From an uncultured Chloroflexia bacterium (GTDB taxonomy: Bacteria; Chloroflexota; Dormibacteria; Aeolococcales; Aeolococcaceae), in NCBI GenBank assembly GCA_963697585.1, contig CAVOOO010000009.1:741248-805247 (forward strand): DNA of 64,000 nt. Direction: 5' to 3'. Shown piece by piece: positions 30,123 through 38,354 of the stretch. Positions within the stretch are counted from its first letter, which is position 1. Every line of letters begins with the position of its first letter. A model generated the notes under the pieces. That model did not search any database, had not been told where the DNA came from, and saw nothing but the letters and a program-made list of their open reading frames with translations. A program made the position numbers and the translations under genes.

Positions 30123-30548
30123 ATGAGGGACGTGACAAAGGCGTTGAAGGCGTTTGCGGTGATCGTCGCCGGCGTCGCCGCGCTCGCAGCCAGTGAGGCC
30201 CTCGCCGCCGGGCTCGGCTCCGGCAGCCAGAGCCTGGGAAGCGGGCAGCAGACGGTCTCCGCCTGCACCTCCGACACCCTTCGGGTGAGCTACACCACCG
30301 CCTATTCGGCGGCGCCGGCCGGCGGCTACGCGGTGACCGGGGTGACCGTCACCGACACCGCCCCCACGCCGAGCCTGGCCGCGTGCGCCGGTGAGACCTA
30401 CCGCGTGACCCTGCTCTCCGCGTCCGGGGCCTCCCTCGCCGAGGCCAGCGGGGTGGTTCCGAGCGGTCTGGCCAGCTTCTCCCCCACCGGGTTCGCAACG
30501 CCGGTGGACGCCGCCGCGGTGACCGGGGTGGCGCTGGTCCTCGGGTAG
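30123..30548 (+). CDS. Secreted fibre/pilin-like subunit A (SipW-associated, two Cys)
   Basis: Signal peptide ending ALA|AGL. Paralog of the two downstream genes (SLG-x-G, C, YRVTL, SLAEA, VTGVA-x-VLG). Confidence 0.75.
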   Translation: MRDVTKALKAFAVIVAGVAALAASEALAAGLGSGSQSLGSGQQTVSACTSDTLRVSYTTAYSAAPAGGYAVTGVTVTDTAPTPSLAACAGETYRVTLLSASGASLAEASGVVPSGLASFSPTGFATPVDAAAVTGVALVLG

Positions 30549-30888
30549 CCCAGGCTCCCGGACCTCACCCTCTCGGGCAGCTCGGGCTCCCGAGAGCCCT
30601 GCACCGCCGCTCCACCAGCTCCGGACTGGTCAGTCACCTCGTTCGAGGCGAAGCGCGCCATCACATCGCAGGCGCCAATGTCGGAGCTCTGTGTCACGAG
30701 GGCGCGACCCGCGTTACCTGAATGGTGGCGCGGTGACGTCAGGGCAGCGAGGTGCTGACGCGTTGCGAGCACCAAATGGTGCAGATGCACTATGGCCTCG
30801 TGGGAAGCCTTGCCCCGGGGCGGGCACCAACCCCCATCAACACCCACCAGAAACTCTCGGCAGGAACAGCGGAGCGAGGAAGAAGCAG

Positions 30889-31305
30889 ATGAAGAGAATT
30901 CTCGGAGCCATCGCCGCCGGCGTGGTTGCCTTCAGCGGCATCTATGCCCTGGCGGCCAGCCTGAGCGTCAGCAGCAACAGCCTGGGCGCGGGCACCTCGG
31001 TGGTCGCCTCCTGCACCGCCGACACCCTGACCGCCACCTACGGAACCCTCAGCTACTCCTCGACGCTGCCGGGCTACACGGTCACCACCGTGGTGATCAA
31101 GGACAACGCGACCTCGCCGAGCTGGACCACCTGCAACACCCTCGCCTACCGGGTCACCCTCGAGACCACGGGCAACGCGTCCCTCGCCGAGGCGACCGGC
31201 ACGGTGAGCGGTGTCACCAACACCACGGGCTCCTCGTTCACCGCCACCTTCACGGCGCAGAGCGCCGCCCTGATCACGGGCGTCGCCGTCGTCATCGGCG
31301 GCTGA
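30889..31305 (+). CDS. Secreted fibre/pilin-like subunit B
   Basis: Begins MKRILGAIAAGVVAFSGIYALA|ASLSVSSNSLGAG; two Cys, Thr-rich beta-strands, RBS GAGGA. Confidence 0.8.
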   Translation: MKRILGAIAAGVVAFSGIYALAASLSVSSNSLGAGTSVVASCTADTLTATYGTLSYSSTLPGYTVTTVVIKDNATSPSWTTCNTLAYRVTLETTGNASLAEATGTVSGVTNTTGSSFTATFTAQSAALITGVAVVIGG

Positions 31306-31384
31306 TAGCCCCAACTCGAGCCATCCGGCGCTGAACGCGTCGCAACCCACCTGAATTCACGATAGACACGGAGCGAAGTCCAAC

Positions 31385-31774
31385 ATGAAGCGAATCCTCG
31401 GAGCCGTAGCCGCGGGCGTGGTCGCCTTCAGCGGCATCTACGCCCTGGCGGCGAGCCTCAGCGTCACCAGCAACAGCCTGGGCGCCGGGACCGTGGCCGT
31501 GGCCGCGTGCCAGTCCACCGCCATCAACGCCGCCTACGCGCCGCTCGCGTACACGGCCGGGACCGGCTACACCACGACGACGGTCACCGTGACCGGGCTG
31601 GCCAGCACCTGCAACAACGTCCCGTACCGGATCACCCTGTACCAGACCGGCGGCGCCTCCCTGGCGGAGGCCACCGGCACCACGCCGGCCACCGGAACGA
31701 CCTTCACCACCTCCGCCTTCACCGCCGTGAGCGCCGCCGCCGTGACCGGCGTGGCGGTCGTGCTGGGCGGCTGA
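31385..31774 (+). CDS. Secreted fibre/pilin-like subunit C
   Basis: The first about 36 aa are nearly identical to subunit B, with the same Cys pair and C-terminal TGVAVVLGG. Confidence 0.8.
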   Translation: MKRILGAVAAGVVAFSGIYALAASLSVTSNSLGAGTVAVAACQSTAINAAYAPLAYTAGTGYTTTTVTVTGLASTCNNVPYRITLYQTGGASLAEATGTTPATGTTFTTSAFTAVSAAAVTGVAVVLGG

Positions 31775-31795
31775 TAACCTCGCTTCGCTCCGCCA

Positions 31796-31829
31796 GCGGG
31801 TCCTGCGGCGCCTCAGCCGCAGGGCCCGC
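31796..31829 (+). other. 14-bp GC-rich stem-loop between subunits C and D
   Basis: GCGGGTCCTGCGGC-gcctca-GCCGCAGGGCCCGC with one G-U pair and no strong U-tract. Confidence 0.6.
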
Positions 31830-31855
31830 CGGCCATTTCTCGGAGTGATGTGGAG

Positions 31856-32248
31856 ATGAGCAGGTCCCGCGCGATAGTCCGATTCCTCGCCACCGCCGCC
31901 GTGCTGGTGGTGGGAACGGCCGTGGTCGCACGGGCGGCGGGCCTGACCACCTCGGGGGACCGCATCGGGGCGGCTCAGGTCGCCACGCCGCGCTGCACCT
32001 CGGCCGCCGTCACCGTCGTGGAGACGGTGACCACCACCTACGTCACCGGGGTCACGGTGAGCGGCATCCCCTCCTCCTGCGGCAACGCGACCATCGCCAT
32101 GACCATGGCCGAGGGGACGACGGTCTACTACACACCAGCCACCCAGACGGTTCCCGCCGCCGGCGGTCAGGTGGTGTTCGCCATCCCCTCGGGCGACGTC
32201 CCGGTCACCGCAGCCGCGGAGGCCGATGTGGTGATGACCGGGCCATGA
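31856..32248 (+). CDS. Divergent secreted fibre/pilin-like subunit D
   Basis: Signal ending ARA|AGL, then IGAA...C...VTGVTVSG...C. Same two-Cys pattern as subunits A-C. Confidence 0.72.
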   Translation: MSRSRAIVRFLATAAVLVVGTAVVARAAGLTTSGDRIGAAQVATPRCTSAAVTVVETVTTTYVTGVTVSGIPSSCGNATIAMTMAEGTTVYYTPATQTVPAAGGQVVFAIPSGDVPVTAAAEADVVMTGP

Positions 32249-32955
32249 AGCTCCGCTACGCCGTGCTCGCGCTCGGGGCTCTGCTCTGCGTCCCGACGGC
32301 GTCCGCGGCGAGCCTGGGCCTGGCCGCGCAGAACCTGACCCCGGTCCGGACCTGCATCCTGAGCGGCTATCCCACCACCACCACCAACGAGATCGACGCC
32401 CAGGTCGAGCAGGGCAACGCGGGCACGAACTACGGGACCGCCGCCACCATGGAGGTCCAGTCCAGCTACAACGCCAACATGCGCGTCTACATCGAGTTCC
32501 TGGTGAGCGGCTGCTACCCGGCGATCCCGACCGGCGCCACCGTGCGGGCCGCCACCCTCCGCCTCTACGCGACCGCGGTGCCCACGGGCGCCTGCCGGAC
32601 CGAGGACATCTTCCCGGTGACGGCAGCCTGGACCGAGGCGGGGATCACCTGGACCAACCAGCCGTTCGGAACCACGCTCAACAACCCGGCCACCGGGTAC
32701 ACCGCGCAGATGCAGGTGGGCACGACCTGCACCACCAACAAGGCGGCCGGTTACGTCAGCGGTTGGACGGTCACCACCGACGTCCAGAAGTTCGTCGCCC
32801 AAACCGCCACCGACGAAGGGTGGATGATCCGCGACAGCGCCGAGCTCACCGCGGCCGGCACCGCCTACCACGCCACCTACCAGGCCAAGAACGGGGAGAC
32901 CGCCAACGCCACCGAGGACCCGCAGCTGGTGATCACCTACGTCGACGTGCCGTGA
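32245..32955 (+). CDS. Secreted DNRLRE/CBM96-like domain protein with AASL N-terminal strand (candidate tip adhesin)
   Basis: ASA|ASLGL, then DAQV...NYG...RVYIEF...IP-x-GATV-x-x-ATLRLY...WTE-x-x-ITWTNQP...PQLVITY. ATGA overlap. Confidence 0.78.
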   Translation: MKLRYAVLALGALLCVPTASAASLGLAAQNLTPVRTCILSGYPTTTTNEIDAQVEQGNAGTNYGTAATMEVQSSYNANMRVYIEFLVSGCYPAIPTGATVRAATLRLYATAVPTGACRTEDIFPVTAAWTEAGITWTNQPFGTTLNNPATGYTAQMQVGTTCTTNKAAGYVSGWTVTTDVQKFVAQTATDEGWMIRDSAELTAAGTAYHATYQAKNGETANATEDPQLVITYVDVP

Positions 32956-33965
32956 GCGAGGTCGGGACCCCGTCGATCTCCCGGGGCACGCTGCGGCCCT
33001 TCCGTGAGCTGGGCCTGACCTTCGCGGCGCTCGGCGAGCTGGGCGCGGTCGTCGACCCGCTGCGCCCGATGGTCTCCACCCTCCTCGACCGCCGGCCGAC
33101 GGCGCGCCCGCCGGGGGCCGCCGGTGACGGGCTCGCCGGAACGGAGGCCTCGCGCGCGCCCGCCTCCGTGCCCATTGCCACCGACCGTCTCGACTCCGCC
33201 GGCGAGCACGCCCGTCCGCTGGCCCGGCGGCTTCTCGCCAGCCTGCGCCGCCCGGGGAACATCGCCTTCTTCGGAGTGCTGATCGTGGTGCTGACCGCCT
33301 GGTGGGTCGAGCTCCGGCCGACCACCCTGCTGGGCGGCCCCGCCACCTTCATCACCGTCCGGGGCATCTCGATGCTGCCGACGCTGAAGACCGGCGACTT
33401 CGTGCTGGCCGAGGCGCAGCCCTCGTATCACCCCGGCGACCTGGTCGTGTACCGGGTCCCCAAGGGCCAGATCGGAGCCGGTGACGACCTCATCCACCGG
33501 ATCGTCGCGGGCAATGCCAGGGTGGGTTTCACGCTCAAGGGCGACAACAACCCAGCCCCGGACCCGTGGACGGTGCCGCGCAGCGACATCCTGGGGAAGG
33601 AGGCGGTGGTCCTTCCCGGGTTCGGCAGCACCCTGCTGGTCCTGCGCAGCCCCCTCTTCGCCGGGCTGGCGGCCGCCCTCATCGCCATGTGGGTGGTGCT
33701 CAGCCCGCCGGAATGGCTGAGGGGGAAGAGGCCGGCGGTGAAGGCGACCGCGCCAGCGGCGGCAACCGCGGCGGCGTCGCCGCCGGTGCCGGCGGGCGTT
33801 GCGGTCGAGCCCTCGCCGGCGACCGTCAGCTTGGAGGCACCCGCCCAGCGCGTCTCCCGCGCGAGGCCGCGTCCCCGCCTCGATCGGGCGGTCCGGCCGC
33901 CCTCGCGGGCTCCGGCGCAGCCTCGCCCGCGGCGACCGGCGCCGCCCGGCAACCGGGAGGCCTAG
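32952..33965 (+). CDS. Signal peptidase I, SipW/ER(S26B)-type
   Basis: GISMLPT (catalytic Ser), GDLVVY, LIHRI (His in place of Lys) and KGDNN, with flanking TM helices. GTGA overlap with the upstream gene. Confidence 0.88.
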   Translation: MSEVGTPSISRGTLRPFRELGLTFAALGELGAVVDPLRPMVSTLLDRRPTARPPGAAGDGLAGTEASRAPASVPIATDRLDSAGEHARPLARRLLASLRRPGNIAFFGVLIVVLTAWWVELRPTTLLGGPATFITVRGISMLPTLKTGDFVLAEAQPSYHPGDLVVYRVPKGQIGAGDDLIHRIVAGNARVGFTLKGDNNPAPDPWTVPRSDILGKEAVVLPGFGSTLLVLRSPLFAGLAAALIAMWVVLSPPEWLRGKRPAVKATAPAAATAAASPPVPAGVAVEPSPATVSLEAPAQRVSRARPRPRLDRAVRPPSRAPAQPRPRRPAPPGNREA

Positions 33966-35593
33966 ACCTTCTCGTCACCGTCCGCGGCGGGAGGCGAGAC
34001 GACCACCAGCGGGGGCTTGCGGCCCCTCAGCCGGGCCGGACCGGGCAGCGCCAGCAGGGCGAGCAACCCGGCGAGGGCCGCCACCAGGGCTCCGGTCAGA
34101 AGGCCGAGGTCCATGCCGCTGATGAACGCCGAGCGGGCCCAGCCGGCGAGCACCGCGCCGATCATGCCGCCCTCGCGCTGAGCGACCCCCAGGGCGCCGC
34201 CCACCGAGCCGAGAATGGTGTTCTGGAGCTCGGTGGGGAGGTGGTACGGGGCGATGGAGGTGAGGATCCGCCCCTGATACCGGGTGGAGAGCTGGCTGCC
34301 CAGCACGGCCACACCCAGGGCGCCCCCGACCTGGAGGAAGGCGCCGTTGGTGGCGGCGCCGATCCCGGTGTGCTCGGCGGGGAGTGAGCCCATCACCGAG
34401 GCGGTGACCGACGGGATCACCAGGGCGGCCCCGACCCCGAGCAGGACCATGCCGAGCACGATGCCGCCGTACGTGGTGGTCACGGTGGCGCCGGAGATCT
34501 GCCAGAGACCGGCGGCGATCAGCAGCAGGCCCAGGCCCACCACCAGCCTGCCGCCGAGGGCCCGGTCCAGGAGGCTGGCGAGGGGGGCGACCACGATGAT
34601 CGAGCCGGCCGCCGGGAGCACCCGGATACCGGTCTGCAGCGCCGTGTAGCCGAGGTCGAACTGCAGGTACTGGGTGAGCAGGAAGAGTGCGCCGAAGAGG
34701 CCGAGCATGACCATGCTCACCGACATCACGGCCACCGAGAACTGCCGCTGCCGGAAGAAGCTGAGCCGGAGCATCGGCTGGGCGACGTGCCGTTCCCAGA
34801 CCGTGAACCCGGCCAGCACGACCAGGCCGCCCAGGCCGGCACCGATCACCGTCGGGGAGGCCCACCCGTGCACCGGCGCGTCGATGATCGCCCAGAGCAG
34901 CAGGCCCAGGCCGCCGATCGACAGCACCGCGCCGAGCACGTCGGGCCGCTCGGCCTGCGGGTTCTTCGAGTTGGGGACGAAGGGAATGGCCAGGGCCAGC
35001 GCCAGCGCGGCGATGGGGACGTTGATGAGGAAGACCGAGCCCCAGCTGAAGTGGGCCAGCAGCAGGCCGCCGATGATCGGGCCCAGGGCGACCCCGGCCC
35101 CCGTGGTCGCCGCCCAGAGGCCGAAGGCCCGCTGGCGCTCGTGCGGATCCGTGTACATGCTGGTGATCAGCGCCAGGGTGGACGGCATGATCAGCGCCCC
35201 GCCCACCCCCATGCTCGCCCGGGCGGCGATCAGGACCGGCACCGAACCCGAGAAGGCGGCCCAGGTCGAGCAGCCGGCGAACGCCACCAGCCCGGCCAGG
35301 AAGGTCCACTTGCGGCCGAAGCGGTCGGCCACGCTGCCCGAGACCAGCAGGAGCCCGGCGAACACGAGCACGTAGGCGTCGACGATCCACTGGAGGTCGG
35401 TGGAGGTCGCGCCCAGGTCGCGGACCAGGGTGGGCAGGGCGACGTTCAGGACCGTGTTGTCCAGGGTCACGATCAGCAGCGAGAGGCAGAGGACCGCGAG
35501 CGCGAGCCAGCGGTGCGGCGGCCTGGCCGGCGACGCCTCGTCCCCCCGTCCCGGGGCGTCCACCGCCCGCGTTGCCATGCTCACGTTCGTCAT
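33962..35593 (-). CDS. DHA2 MFS efflux transporter (paralog of 21873-23429)
   Basis: Motifs LDNTVLNVALP, ADRFGRK, GPIIGG and WGSVFLINVP. The start is uncertain (35578-35596). Confidence 0.92.
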   Translation of the reverse strand: MTNVSMATRAVDAPGRGDEASPARPPHRWLALAVLCLSLLIVTLDNTVLNVALPTLVRDLGATSTDLQWIVDAYVLVFAGLLLVSGSVADRFGRKWTFLAGLVAFAGCSTWAAFSGSVPVLIAARASMGVGGALIMPSTLALITSMYTDPHERQRAFGLWAATTGAGVALGPIIGGLLLAHFSWGSVFLINVPIAALALALAIPFVPNSKNPQAERPDVLGAVLSIGGLGLLLWAIIDAPVHGWASPTVIGAGLGGLVVLAGFTVWERHVAQPMLRLSFFRQRQFSVAVMSVSMVMLGLFGALFLLTQYLQFDLGYTALQTGIRVLPAAGSIIVVAPLASLLDRALGGRLVVGLGLLLIAAGLWQISGATVTTTYGGIVLGMVLLGVGAALVIPSVTASVMGSLPAEHTGIGAATNGAFLQVGGALGVAVLGSQLSTRYQGRILTSIAPYHLPTELQNTILGSVGGALGVAQREGGMIGAVLAGWARSAFISGMDLGLLTGALVAALAGLLALLALPGPARLRGRKPPLVVVSPPAADGDEKV

Positions 35594-35600
35594 CACTCCT

Positions 35601-35695
35601 TAACGCAGGTGATTTTGCGTTAGTATACCGAGCCATCGCCACTAACGCAAGAGAAATAGCGATAAGACATGAGTAACGCAAGCCGAGTAGCGATA
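35601..35695. promoter_or_regulatory. Three TAACGCA-N8-(T/A)GCG(T/A)TA operator copies
   Basis: Copies at 35601-35622 (perfect palindrome), 35643-35664 and 35674-35695, between divergent MFS and TetR genes. Confidence 0.75.
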
Positions 35696-35707
35696 AGATC
35701 CACGGTG

Positions 35708-36307
35708 ATGGACGCCCAGGCAGTCCGCCAGCCGGTGCGGCGCACCGGCGGAAGGAGTGCGCGGGTGCGCGCCGCGGTGATCGACGCCACCCTCACCGCG
35801 CTCCTCGCGGACGGTCTGGACGACCTCTCGATCGCGAGCATCGCGCTGCGCGCCGGGGTCCATCCGACCACCATCTACCGGCGCTGGGGCAGCCGCTCCA
35901 ACCTGGCCCTCGACGCCGTGCTGAGCGCGACCGAGACCGAGATCCCAACCCCCGACACCGGCACCCTCCACGGCGACCTCCTCGCCCTGGTTCGGGGCAT
36001 CGGCACCTTCCTCCAGACCCCCCTCGGGGAGCTGGTGGTACGGATCGCGCTCCGCCGCGACCTGCCTGAATTCGAGGCCGCCCGCGGCGGCTACTGGATC
36101 CAGCGGTTTCGCAGCGGGGCGGCGCTGCTCGAGCGGGCCCGGGCCAGGGGGGAGCTGCGCGCCGGCGTCGACCCGGTGCTGGCCCTCGAGCTCCTGGTCG
36201 GGCCGATGTACGTCCGGATGCTGATCACCCGCGAGCCGCTCGACGACGCCCTGCTGGTCCGCTGCGTCGATCTCGTCCTCGACGGCATCGCCGTGGGCGC
36301 GCGCTAG
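35708..36307 (+). CDS. TetR-family regulator
   Basis: RTGGRSARVRAAV...SIASIALRAGVHPTTIYRRWGS HTH and PDTGTLHGDL. Confidence 0.92.
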   Translation: MDAQAVRQPVRRTGGRSARVRAAVIDATLTALLADGLDDLSIASIALRAGVHPTTIYRRWGSRSNLALDAVLSATETEIPTPDTGTLHGDLLALVRGIGTFLQTPLGELVVRIALRRDLPEFEAARGGYWIQRFRSGAALLERARARGELRAGVDPVLALELLVGPMYVRMLITREPLDDALLVRCVDLVLDGIAVGAR

Positions 36308-36327
36308 ACCCACCCTACAATCGGGGC

Positions 36328-36957
36328 ATGGGCCGGGTGATCCACGTCCGGGTGCGCGGTCTCGACCCCAGCCGGCGGGATGCCGCCCAGGCGCGGTTCG
36401 AGGAGCTGGTGCGCCGGCGCGAGTGGCGGGACGGCCATCCCTGGCTGGCCGACGAACGCTCGGCCGGGCTCTTCCCCCAGCTCTTCTTCGACGACCAGCG
36501 CACCGCCATGACCTGGCAGGAGCCGGCGGGAGCACCGCTCTCGGCGGCCACCTTCATCCGCGTGCTCGGCGACGAGACCGACGCGCTGGCCGTGCTCTTC
36601 GTCTTCCGCGACCTCTCCGAGCACTTCGGGCTCTCGATCGAGCTGCGCGATCCCGACAACCCGATCGCGAAGCTGCGCCGGGTCGAGATGGAGAAGGGGC
36701 GGCTGCCCGGCGGCCGTCCCCTGGAGGCGATCCTGGTGCGGCGCTCCATCTTCAAGAAGCTGCCCGACGGGCGCCGCATCGAGCTCTTCCCGCCCCGTGC
36801 GCTCGCCGCCGCGTACGGGGTCGCCCGCGACCCCGACCATCGCGGCTGGAGCTTCCTGGTCGCGGGGATGCGCGGCGAGGCCCCCGACTTCTTCGAGGCC
36901 GAGGCGGAGGCGATGCGGATGCGACGAGGGCTCGACAGCCTGGGGCCGGCGGGGTGA
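36328..36957 (+). CDS. Hypothetical protein translationally coupled to dtd
   Basis: Good GC3-biased codon usage, TACAAT-N6-ATG, and a stop overlapping the dtd GTG. Confidence 0.7.
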   Translation: MGRVIHVRVRGLDPSRRDAAQARFEELVRRREWRDGHPWLADERSAGLFPQLFFDDQRTAMTWQEPAGAPLSAATFIRVLGDETDALAVLFVFRDLSEHFGLSIELRDPDNPIAKLRRVEMEKGRLPGGRPLEAILVRRSIFKKLPDGRRIELFPPRALAAAYGVARDPDHRGWSFLVAGMRGEAPDFFEAEAEAMRMRRGLDSLGPAG

Positions 36958-37508
36958 GGGCGGTCGTCCAGCGGGTCAGCCGCGCCCGCGTCCTGGTCGA
37001 ATCCGCGGGAGAGGCCGCCCTCCCCACCTCCGGGGACGGGCGCGGCCGGGGCACCGAAGCGGCCTGGGGGATCCCGCCGGCACCGGGCACCCGGGTCACC
37101 GGCGAGATCGCGGCGGGCTTCTGCGTGCTGCTCTCGGTCGGTCCCGGGGACACCGAGGCCACCGCCGACCATCTCGCCGAGCGGGTCGCCCGGCTCCGGA
37201 TCTGCGCCGACCCGGACGGCAGGATGAATCTCGACCTCGAGCAGTCCGGGGGCGCGGTGCTGGTGGTGAGCCAGTTCACCCTCCATGCGGACAGCTCGCG
37301 CGGGCACCGGCCCAGCTTCCTGGGGGCGGCCGCGCCGGATCTGGCCCGGGGCCTCTACGAGAGCTTCGTCGGTGCCCTGGAACGCCGCGGGCTCCGGGTC
37401 GCGACTGGTGAGTTCGGGGCGCTCATGCAGGTGGAGCTGGTCAACGACGGCCCGGTGACGCTGGTGCTGACCAGCGGCGAGGAACCCTGGCGGGCCGACG
37501 CCGGCTGA
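36954..37508 (+). CDS. dtd: D-aminoacyl-tRNA deacylase
   Basis: RAVVQRVS, SQFTL, G-x-FGA-x-M-x-V-x-L-x-NDGPVT (Gly-cisPro). Carries an insertion of about 25 aa near the N-terminus. Confidence 0.92.
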   Translation: MRAVVQRVSRARVLVESAGEAALPTSGDGRGRGTEAAWGIPPAPGTRVTGEIAAGFCVLLSVGPGDTEATADHLAERVARLRICADPDGRMNLDLEQSGGAVLVVSQFTLHADSSRGHRPSFLGAAAPDLARGLYESFVGALERRGLRVATGEFGALMQVELVNDGPVTLVLTSGEEPWRADAG

Positions 37509-37526
37509 GGCGCGGGGCCGGGTGGC

Positions 37527-38354
37527 TCAGGGGCGCCGCAGCGCGCGACCGCGAACGGGCATGGCGTAGTCGCTGCGGACCGGCACCGGCTCGGGACGCC
37601 ACGACGGGATCGGCATCCGGATGGTGGGCGCGCGGCGGGCGCGGCCTCCGGCGGCGGCACCCGGCGGTGACTGTCGAGGCCGGATCACCCGGACCTTGCG
37701 GGCCCACACCACCGCCGCGAGGGTGAGCAGCGCGACCGTCGAGATCGCGGCGTGGAGCAGCATCGGCCCGATCGGGGCGGCGCTCTGCCCTCCGGCGCGG
37801 TAGGCGAGCTGGATCGGGCCGTCGAGAGGGAGCAGCACGTTGACCCAGGCGTTCTGACTCAGCGAGAGCTGCACCCCGACCACCCCGATGATCACCAGGA
37901 CCCCCTCGAGGTCGTGGGGCAGCACGGCGCCGACCGCCAGCCCGAGGGCGACCGCGACCACCGGGACCAGTGCGCAGGAGGCGAGCAGAGCCCCCTCGGA
38001 GACGGGCGCGGAGACCAGGGTCATGGCCACCGCGCCGATCCCGGCGAGGACCGCGCCCATGCCGAGCAGGAGGATGAATCGACCCACCATCAGCTCCGCG
38101 GCCCGGTAACCGGCGAGCACCAGCCGGGGCTCCACCGAGCGCGCCGCCAGCACCGAGAAGAGCGCGGCGGACGCCACCGACCATCCCATCCCGAGAGCGC
38201 CGAACTGGATCGCACTCTCGCTGCCGTTGGTCAGGGTGCTCAGGTAGAGGGCGACCGGCAGCGCCACCAGGATGATCAGCGAGAGGCGGCGCCTCAGGAG
38301 CTGGCGCGCCTGCATCTCGGCGGCGATCAGCGAACGGCGGAGGAAGCCGGGCAT
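37527..38354 (-). CDS. ABC-2 type transporter permease
   Basis: About 6 hydrophobic helices; its ATG overlaps the ABC ATPase stop. Confidence 0.75.
   Translation of the reverse strand: MPGFLRRSLIAAEMQARQLLRRRLSLIILVALPVALYLSTLTNGSESAIQFGALGMGWSVASAALFSVLAARSVEPRLVLAGYRAAELMVGRFILLLGMGAVLAGIGAVAMTLVSAPVSEGALLASCALVPVVAVALGLAVGAVLPHDLEGVLVIIGVVGVQLSLSQNAWVNVLLPLDGPIQLAYRAGGQSAAPIGPMLLHAAISTVALLTLAAVVWARKVRVIRPRQSPPGAAAGGRARRAPTIRMPIPSWRPEPVPVRSDYAMPVRGRALRRP

Noticed and set aside
30768-30783. NtrC-type enhancer
   Set aside because: The spacing is one base shorter than TGCACC-N5-GGTGCA and I found no convincing sigma54 -24/-12 element. Kept only as an unassigned palindrome.
30123-32248. Type IV/Flp pilins or sortase pilins
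   Set aside because: There is no G|F-x3-E class III signal, no LPxTG-TM-basic tail, and no prepilin peptidase, ATPase or sortase nearby. The linked peptidase is S26-type.
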